A DNA stretch of 64,000 bases from NCBI GenBank assembly GCA_009103225.1, contig RHPI01000890.1, forward strand, positions 80,544 to 144,543. Reading direction: 5' to 3'. Position numbers and translations under genes: made by a program. The DNA is from Chlorokybus atmophyticus (lineage: Eukaryota; Plantae; Mesostigma and Chlorokybus algae). The notes beneath the pieces are model-generated. The model searched no databases. It saw nothing but the letters and a program-made list of their open reading frames with translations, and was not told where the DNA came from. Below, piece after piece: positions 55,601-64,000 of the stretch; positions within the stretch are counted from its first letter, which is position 1, and every line of letters begins with the position of its first letter.

Positions 55601-57572
55601 ATGGCGATGGTTGTGGACAACAGCGGCGAGGAGGATGGAATGGCCTTCAAGCGTCAGGTAAGAGGGGTGCCCAGCTTAAGCAGTATCAAATACACATATA
55701 CTGCAAACTACTGGCTCGCCTGCTTGTTGCTGCTGTATTGCACGCTACTTTGAGCACTAACACCGCTCAGAACTCACTTGCATTTTCGCGTGCGCAACAG
55801 ACCTGTCTTGTCAGTGTAAGCCTCTGGCAGTTAACACACGCTGATTGTCTGCTTTGCCCTTTGCGTATTGCGTGCATGCGCCCGTGTATCGAGTGCAGAG
55901 CTTGGAGACTGTTGCAGCGGAGTTTGAGAAGCGTGCTATGCAGTCTGTTGTGAAGGGCGACCACGCCAGAGCGCTGCTGCAGTAAGTAGCACTTACACCA
56001 CAAGACAGTGCAGCAGCCTGATAGTAGCGCGTATGACATTGTTTGTTACGTGGTCCGATGCTTGAGCATGCTTGTTTGCACAACTGTGGCGCTTGCAAGC
56101 TTGCTTGTGTGTGCCATCGTCTCTGAGAAAGTGTAGTATATAGCTGGTTGCTTGTCTGTCTTTTGTGACGCCTAGGTGTGCTCATCATCTCTGCTGCAGG
56201 TACATACAGGCTTCCGAAGCTTACAGCGAGCTGCTGCGGATGCGGCTTGACAATGCCAGTGAGTGTGTCACTTTGCAGCCAGGCATGCACATGCGCGCGC
56301 CTGGGTGCGCGCTTGTATTCGCGTGCGTGGTTGTGTACACGCTGGTGTGCGCATGTGTGTCTGTGTGCATGGTATGGGCGTGCTTACGTAAGCATGTGTG
56401 CTTGCTTACTCCAGTCAAAAACATGCATCCTAGACATCCTAGACAAGCACTGCGCGTGTACACACATACACAACTCACAACTGCCTTTGTTTGGCATGCA
56501 CTGCAGGACTGCATCTGTCATCAATTTCTCATATGGAATGTGCATGCCTCACAGGTCAAGCTGTGCTTCGCCAACGGTTCCGTGATGCGCTCGATGCCGC
56601 AGAGCTTGTAAAGCAACAAGCAGAGTCATTGAAGCATCAGCAACAGCAACAAGTACGACTACAACAGCAGCATCAACTACAGCAGCAGCAGCAGCAGCAG
56701 CGCCAACACACAGCAACGGTGGAAGCTCCCGGTGCGGGGCCATCGACATCTGGCTCTAGAGAGGTAGCATATTGCCTACCTTGCAGTGATCCGCAGTCAG
56801 AACCTTGTTGAAATGCGTGTTGATACGCTTCTAACTAACTAACTTGGCTTATGCACTGTGCCTGTTCAGCCCACAAGTGCTGAAGGGATGATGGGTCTGG
56901 CACTAAAGCACGCCGCCAAGGCAGAGGAGGCAGAGGCGGCCGGCAAGCCCAACACAGCGTTGGAGCTTTACGAGCAAGCACTAAATCTGTTCCGCTACCA
57001 CTTTCAGGGTGACACCGCAAGTAAGCATTCTCGCTGGCGGATGCATGCGTGTGTGGTGTGCGTGTGTGCGCCTGCATGTCTGCAGCTGTGCTCTGCGCGC
57101 GTACACATGCATACAGCACAGGTGCATTGTGCTTGATGGCGCCACATGTGGTGTGCGCATGTGTGTGCGTGAGTGTGCCTATCTGCTGCAACTAGCCACT
57201 GGGGCTAGCACTGTTGTATGGCAACGAAACTCATGCCATTGTGCAAAAATGTCTTCGCTGTCGCTTAATTCAAGTGTCATCTTGGCAGGGAGTCAAGACA
57301 GGCAGCAGGCGAAAGTGACAATGCAAGTGTTTCGTCACGCGCTCAACAGGCGAGACATACTCTCGCACGAGTTGAGTCAGAAGGCGCAAGCTGCGCCGCA
57401 GTCATTACAAAAACAGCAGAGTCATTTCGACCTGTTCAAAGGCGTGAGGGCTTTGCTAGCACCGGACCCTTCAGAGCGGTCACCTGTGAGAGGTGCCAAT
57501 CACTCTGGTTCCAGCAGTCCCATCTTTGGGTACTCTGTGCAGAGGTCTGCTTCACATGACTCATCTGATTAG
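55601..57572 (+). CDS. Six-exon protein with two MIT-like three-helix domains linked by poly-Gln
   Basis: All five introns are GT-AG and phase-consistent (0,2,1,0,1). Domain 1: AAEFEKRAMQSVVKGDHARALLQYIQASEAYSELL...LRQRFRDALDAAELVK. Domain 2: ALKHAAKAEEAEAAGKPNTALELYEQALNLF...VFRHALNRRDIL. The MIT assignment rests on motif pattern only. Confidence 0.75.
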
Positions 57573-57804
57573 TCTCAGATCGATCTAGTCTAATTTAGGG
57601 TTATTACATGGAGTTGGCATGCTTGCTGCCGTCCTGTGCAACTTGATTGTTGTCGAGTTGCAACACTCCAGTGGCTGAAGTTCAACACTATTGGCATCAA
57701 CAAAAACGCGGGCACAATGTACACCATGTCCGAACCTAGCCACAAACTACATGCACAGCAGCAAGCACAGCAGCCAGCACAGCAACCAGGCTACTAACGG
57801 GCCA

Positions 57805-58720
57805 CTAACGGGTGCCAGCAGTCGTTCCAGCTAGTGCAACGTCCGCCTCCTCCGTGGGGCGAGTCACCTGCAGTGGCTGCCAGCCCGGAGCCGCCGCCAC
57901 CGCCGCCGCCCCCCTCTCTAGCAGGGCCATGGCCTGGGCCCGCTGCAGCGCGCAGGCCACGCGTTGCCTGGACAGCGCCACGTACCCACCCAGTCTAGCC
58001 AGCGGGAGGCCACGCCCGTGCACCGCCTGGCGAGCACACCTGTTGAGGACGTCGCTGAAGGCGACGCCTGACGTCCCGTGGGTCTCAGCGGCCAACACAA
58101 AGAACTCGTCCGCTGGAGGATGATCGCGATACTTCCGCCGCTTGCTCTGCTCCACCTCACGTGCAGCCACTCCTGCACGTGGTCCATAGGCAAAGACCGT
58201 CACGTCCAGCAGCCACCGGTGGTCTCGCCCCGGCTCCGACGCCACTAGGTCGACCCTCCTGCCACGCGTCTCACCCTCACGCATCAGCATGAAGCCTTCA
58301 TGATGGCTGAGCCCGTCTGCTCCCTACTGACCACATAGCCTGCCTCGCGCAGTATCACAAACGTCTCGTCACGAAAGGCGTCATGCGTGGCAGTGCGCCC
58401 TGTCCCCATCGAGCAGCAGGTGTGCACCGTCCGACACCACAGGGGCAGCACGTGACGCCCGCTAGCATGGGATGCGGCAACCCCAGGCGGGTGCGGAGAG
58501 CCATCCCAAAAAGGTCGGCGGAGATGCGGAGCGCCGGCAAAAAGGGGAGCGCCGACAGCCACGCGCCTGCACCGACCCCGGACGCCGACAGCCGACGGGC
58601 CTTGTCGTCGACAGTCGCCCCTTGCTCATACGCCGCAACGACTGCGTCGTTCACCTTCGTGCTGAGGGATTCATAAAGCGTGTAAGTCACCATGCGCGCC
58701 ATGGCTAAAGCCTTATGGCT
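57805..58720 (-). mobile_element. 5'-truncated non-LTR retrotransposon fragment with restriction-like endonuclease (R2/NeSL/CRE-type C-terminus)
   Basis: GAGAWLSALP..L.IS...F..ALRTRLG.P, CPCG...HTCC zinc knuckle, THDAFRD, RVDLV...LLDVTV, AAREVEQSKRRKY, FFVLAAETHG, RQRVACALQRAQA; frameshifted. Confidence 0.85.
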
Positions 58721-59328
58721 GGTTTCATTTTTCTCGCTGAGCTTGTGCACAGGTTCAACATGGTTATAAGCCTGCAAGCCTTAACGCACCTTGCACGATG
58801 CAGTGTCACGGCAATAGAAGCATTCCATACTTTTTTAGATTGTAATGTGCTATGAAGGCAGGTACTCGTGTGACTTGTAAGTAAGGGTAAGGTGGATCAC
58901 GACTGTCTTTTCCACAAGTGGTCCCATACATGAATTTGTTCATTGACAATATATTTTATTGACATCTTACACAAATGTGCCACTCCTGTACGTCCGCACC
59001 AACAGGTTAACAGATGAATGTGCATACAAATTGATCATACATCCTGTACACCGAGCATCCGCGCACAATGTTGCATCACAATTCTTTATGCACACTATCC
59101 GCCGACGACACCTGTTACTTTGGTTGATGTGATGGCTGTTTATGCTGACAACCAGCTGACGCTATGGGCGCAGCGCCGGCAGCAACAATACATTGCAACT
59201 GCAGTAGCGGTTGCTATAATAAATGACGGGATACATTATAGCAGTTGCTATAATGAATGAATACATTACACGAGTGCCAACTGGCGGTTGTGGTGTGTAG
59301 TGTCCAATGCTACCCTACTCAAACACAA

Positions 59329-59950
59329 TCATACAGTAGGCTGTACACGAGCAACGTCCTCAAGCGCTACATGATGTCTATTGTGTACACGCAAGGAGGG
59401 AGCTGCGTGCACTGCAGTTGCAGCTAGAGCCGTAATGGCTGTGGCCTGCGCGCTGTGGAACGTAGTAAATATGCGCTGGCGGAAGGCAGTCACAAAGCGT
59501 GATAGATACCGCGTTTTCAACTCACGAGCATCCAACACTCGGCGCGCAAAAGTGGCCAACAACTCTATTAATGGGCGACCCATTCAACCATGCGATTCGA
59601 TCGCCAACGGAATCAGCGTGTCTGTTTGAAAAGGGTCCGAGTAGTCGGAGCGCTTCTCGCGCTCCGCACTCTATGCAACTGATCCCGCTACGTAGTGGCT
59701 GCCGGTGATGGTGATGACGAGCAGCATGCGCGAGCTGCCACGCCGCTCCAAAGCAACAATGAGCATACGACGTCCCTAACGCTCACGCTATAATGGCTGC
59801 TGGTGGTAACAAAGAGTTGGGGAGCGGCGGCGGGGAGAGTCTGCTTGTTGTTGTCTTTTTCATAATCAGGCGATGCTGTGGCAGGTATTGTGACTTTGCC
59901 AGCTGCTAGGGGCCTTTGCATGTGAGGGTAGGGAAGGTGCGGCACATAGC
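59329..59950 (-). mobile_element. Second, more degenerate RLE-type LINE 3' fragment
   Basis: VRDVVCSLL, LLVITIT, A*SAEREKRSDY, LIPLAIESHG*MGRPLIELL, FRQRIFTTFHSAQATAI, with in-frame stops. Confidence 0.65.
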
Positions 59951-62226
59951 CTGACGGTGGTGAATGTAAGGTAAGAGTGGTTGTGTATCATGGCATTATG
60001 CATGTCTGGGTGTATGCATGTCATGTTGGGGCATGCATACTACAGGCACGACTCATTGGATATGTGCATGCTCGTAAAGTGTATGCACAGCTTCTCAGAT
60101 AATGCGTCTCACCATTCTAGCAAATTGCTCGACTTGAAGTTTGACTTGTGATTTGACATACAGCCACCCAACCCTCTTTTAGTTTATCAACCAAGCAATC
60201 AATTGTGAACTCACTCAACCAACCGTTGGTTTCAACTCATTTGCACAAACTCGATGCTTACTGGCAAGGTGGGCGTTGCCATCGCGGCAGTGGCGGTTTT
60301 CTCAGCAGGTGGCTAGCATGGAACGCTATGCCTGGGGGGCCAAACGTATTTGAACCCCATGCACGCTCAGGAGACGATTAGCAGGCAACGGACGGCGCCA
60401 GAACAAGGTAATTTCGCATGAAGTCCTGTGCCCTGCACCACTTTTCGTCTCACTTGCAAATTGCAACGTGCTAGCTGGGCTTGCTTTCTTTGCTTGCGAC
60501 AAACAATCGGGGCCTCAGTAGGCCTCCCTTGCCGTGAGTTTTCTCACCCTCTTGCGAAGCTGAGACAATGCCTGTGCTGCTTTTCTTCAGCGCTCCAGTG
60601 TGGGGCTGCGGGACCCCAGCATGTCATGCCTGGCTGCTTGGCTGCTTGCATACTCGCTCACGTGCCTCCAAATCACCTGAGGAAGAAAGCAAAACGAAAA
60701 AGTGCTGTTTTTAAGCGCTGTTTCTGACGCTGCTGCTGCAGTGCACTGCACCGCATTGCGTTTGTACATGAGACGCCACAGTATACACAATGGTGCTCTG
60801 TTGCATGCAGTGTAACAAAACAGTGGGGCAAGAACCCCATTTATATTGTCGCACACTCTCTGCAAGAGGCCACTATAATATCTTGACTTTTATTGCATTC
60901 AAGCATTCGTAACTTAATAATGCGCAGATTGTTGCTTGCACCTTCGTAGCTACATAGTACCCAGGTGTTGTGCCTGCGGAAGGTTGCCCAACCGCACATA
61001 AAGTGACCCACTTTTTGCATGAGCTGAAGGCATGCATGCACCGGAGTGCATGCATGCATGTCAGTTGCGACAGACACAGACAGCGTGGTTCAGCAGCATC
61101 CCTCGTTTTGCACATTGTCTACAATGGCACGCGTTGCATGTCTTAAACTTCCATTTGCTCTAACAGGTGAGATTAATGTATAATGGATAGACAACTCGCG
61201 GAGAGGAAGGCAGTAGGGTTGTGTACGGGTCTGTTCTCGTACACGTAAGCGCCGGGCTTCTGCATCACCTGCGCAGATGTGCGCGAAATGATACACGAGA
61301 AATGAGCTGCTGGGCTTCCCATTTTAGGCACTTGATTGTTGTGTGTGCTTGACATTGGTGTTTCAGTAATATGTCTTTGTGTCACACCCGAAGCCTTGTA
61401 GTTCATCATGCCTTGAGAGCTGTCGCGAAGAGTGCGTAGGAGCACAAAGGTTATGTCACGGGCATGCAGGTGACTATTTGCAGGATGTAGATAGATATTT
61501 GCCAGGTTGGTTTTTTGTTGCAGCATGTTTGTTGTTGTGTGTGGCATGCAGTACATCATAGCAACACCTGTGTGGGTGGCTGCTTGCGTGCATGCAATTG
61601 CATGCATCTTACAATGCTCCCTCAAGCAAGACACGCAGGTGTTGGATGGAATTGCTGAGCACTAGGTCTAGTGTACATTTAAGTGGCCCTCCTTGGCACG
61701 GCCTTCTTAGCTGGTGGTGATGTGACAATGCAACATGTGACATATCGTTGGATAGCTCTCGGCGTGACGTGTCGAGGAAAAGTAACCGTGTCGCAATTGG
61801 CGCAGTAGTTTGAAAGATATGCACTCTGATGTCTGATACTGCGATTGGGGTTTGCTGATCGGACACGTCGAAGGTCCCGTCGGGTTCACTCAGATAGGAA
61901 TGACTTCTTATAGAAAAGGAATCTTGTGACAAGTTACCAATAAAATTTGTTCTACTCGACGAGAGCTATCCAACGAGCTCATAAATGCCGCGGGACTCCC
62001 ACAAATGCAGCCGTAAGAACACTTTGAAGGCCCTTGCATAACTGTACATAAAAGTGTACAGTGATTTTTGCAATTGTGGTCGCTTACCAAGCTGTAACTT
62101 GTAACACAAGTGGCCAATCAAGCTAAAAATTTGCACACGAGTTGCTTACAATGTTAGCAATGTGTATAAATCATTTCAGCTTAAAATGTGAGGGTTTGCA
62201 ATTGTTTTGGCAATGCCCAGCATATG

Positions 62227-62258
62227 AGATAAATGTACACTTAAGTGTACATTTATCT
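62227..62258. repeat. Perfect 32-bp palindrome centred on TTAA
   Basis: agataaatgtacacttaagtgtacatttatct equals its own reverse complement. Confidence 0.95.
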
Positions 62259-62695
62259 ACATCCCTAGTGTTAAGGGGTATAAACGAGGTCTTGACACGG
62301 TTGCGCTGACCAGGGTTCTGTGACGCATAACACCAGCAGTTTCCTCGCCCCCNNNNNNNNNNNNNNNNNNNNNNNNNNNNNNNNNNNNNNNNNNNNNNNN
62401 NNNNNNNNNNNNNNNNNNNNNNNNNNNNNNNNNNNNNNNNNNNNNNNNNNNNNNNNNNNNNNNNNNNNNNNNNNNNNNNNNNNCCCCCCCCCCCCCCCCC
62501 CCCCCCCCCCTCACACACACCCTGACAAATGTAAGCAAATACAATTAATGCACGAAATTCGGTATTAATGTTGGAGATATTACTATAGCAATTGTCTTAC
62601 TGCCGTTAATGAGCTCAAATGTGTTGATTCACTTAAAGTTCTTTGTGATGATGCACCATGTTGCTTACAAAGACGGCGTGCTGCGACCCCAAGCA

Positions 62696-62842
62696 AGCTT
62701 TTAGGTTGCAAATGCGGGCGTTTAGCTTGTTGATAAAGCCGCCAATCTTGTTCATCCGATTAGCAAGCAGCTTGCTGGTCGGATGGACAAGCTCGACGAA
62801 CGTTTTGATAAGCTTAATGCCCGCATTGGCAGCTTGGACGCT
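62696..62842 (+). ncRNA. Long fold-back with G-U-rich stem, pre-miRNA-like candidate
   Basis: Centred on 62769. Over 73 in-register positions with no indels: 51 Watson-Crick, 11 G-U (+ strand) and 11 mismatches, 8 of them in one internal loop. RNA function is inferred. Confidence 0.5.
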
Positions 62843-64000
62843 CAGCTGAAATGGCAGCAGGAAAGCAACATGGAGCAACAATTTCCGCTGTGAACACACA
62901 CAAAGTTAAAACAATTTGACCTACTTTGCGACCTCAGCACTTGAGCCACATAAAAGGTGAAATGACGGCCGCCGAAAACAAGAATTGACATTTGAGTTTG
63001 TGCGTATTTGTTGATATTTACGTTTTGCTATTATTCAAAGTTGGGGGGGGGGGGGGGGGGGGNTCATCAACAATAATGATGAAAAAAGGCTTGGCAATCA
63101 GATGCTTGTTGTAGTGGGCGTTCTTGCGGTTTGATTGGTTGACATTGCCACAGCTGCCGTGCTGCAGGTAACCACTGCATGTGCAGAGCTTGTAAGGTGG
63201 GGTAGATAGTAGTAGACGTATTGGTGAGTTGTAGTTAGCTACGCCCGCTGGTGCTGGTTGAATAAAGGTGTGTGTTGAGGAATCCTGCCGGCTGGGTGCT
63301 ATTGGGCATGTTCAACGTATATGCTGCACTTATTGCATGTTAATAGTTTTGGAGATTTATGTACACCGTTATATGTTGACTTAAAAGAAACAAGACATAC
63401 ATTTGTAAAATTACGGCACGAAGCAACGAAATCGCAGGGTTACAAACTTAGCAAGCTCATAAAAATGTCAGAAACAAATGGTCAGGCCCAAGCCCTTTGT
63501 TAAAGTTGAAGCAAATGCAATATCATCACTACCACTCTGAGAGATAATATGTATAACATAGCCTTTGCGGTGTTGTACAGCATGCAATTATTAGTGCACG
63601 CGTATGTGAGTATGTGCAATTGATGCGCAGCCGAATGTGTATATTTGTATAAAGGCTTGTGATATATACACAATTTAATATTCCATGCTAGCAAACATGA
63701 TTGCATGCATATATGCGTATATTATAATAAAGCATACGCGTGCTTATAATGCTTTATAATGGCTATACAATAGTACAACAACAATTTATATACAGTGTTA
63801 TATCTGATACATACGCATGTATGTCAACAAGTACAATATCCCGGTTTTAGCTAATTTGACAGCTTGAATACACGCGTGGTACCGTGTTGCAATGCACTTG
63901 CATCCAAACTAACATGTAATTATAAATACGGCATCTACCTGATCAGTGCTTCATATTTTACACAATGCCCCTTTCTATTTTAAGGGGGGCTATTTTATTC

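Noticed and set aside
45824-57572. Functional cluster of membrane-trafficking genes (C2/PPxY protein plus MIT protein)
   Set aside because: Unrelated CCDC97 lies between them and eukaryotic neighbours are rarely co-functional. There is no evidence beyond proximity.

Overview
Eukaryotic, intron-rich nuclear DNA. A plant-type gene set with chloroplast transit peptides suggests a green alga, possibly an early-diverging streptophyte (inference). Genes reconstructed exon by exon from the sequence: 5' part of lysine-ketoglutarate reductase/saccharopine dehydrogenase (-), MRS2/CorA Mg2+ transporter (-), DNA-3-methyladenine glycosylase I (-) with two decayed tandem 5' copies, chloroplast MATE/DTX transporter (+), thylakoid signal peptidase I (-), a very large LRR protein (+), an SRC2-like C2/Pro-Gly-Tyr protein (-), CCDC97/DUF2052 (-), and a tandem MIT-like protein (+) with a pseudogenised duplicate. 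One or two unidentified multi-exon genes probably lie at 8.8-14.2 kb. Mobile DNA: a Penelope-like element with an N-terminal GIY-YIG (Naiad/Chlamys type), a possible PIF1/Helitron helicase relic, and two RLE-type LINE 3' fragments. Three features stand out as unexplained structure: (i) two long fold-backs with a strand-biased excess of G-U pairs (pre-miRNA-like; 62696-62842 and 17209-17383); (ii) a C-rich/G-rich compositional oscillation through the LRR gene that switches mid-exon and shapes synonymous codon use; (iii) recurrent near-perfect palindromes with a 1-nt spacer, including a dense cluster in a divergent intergenic region. Exon boundaries are manual calls. Five N gaps limit some models.
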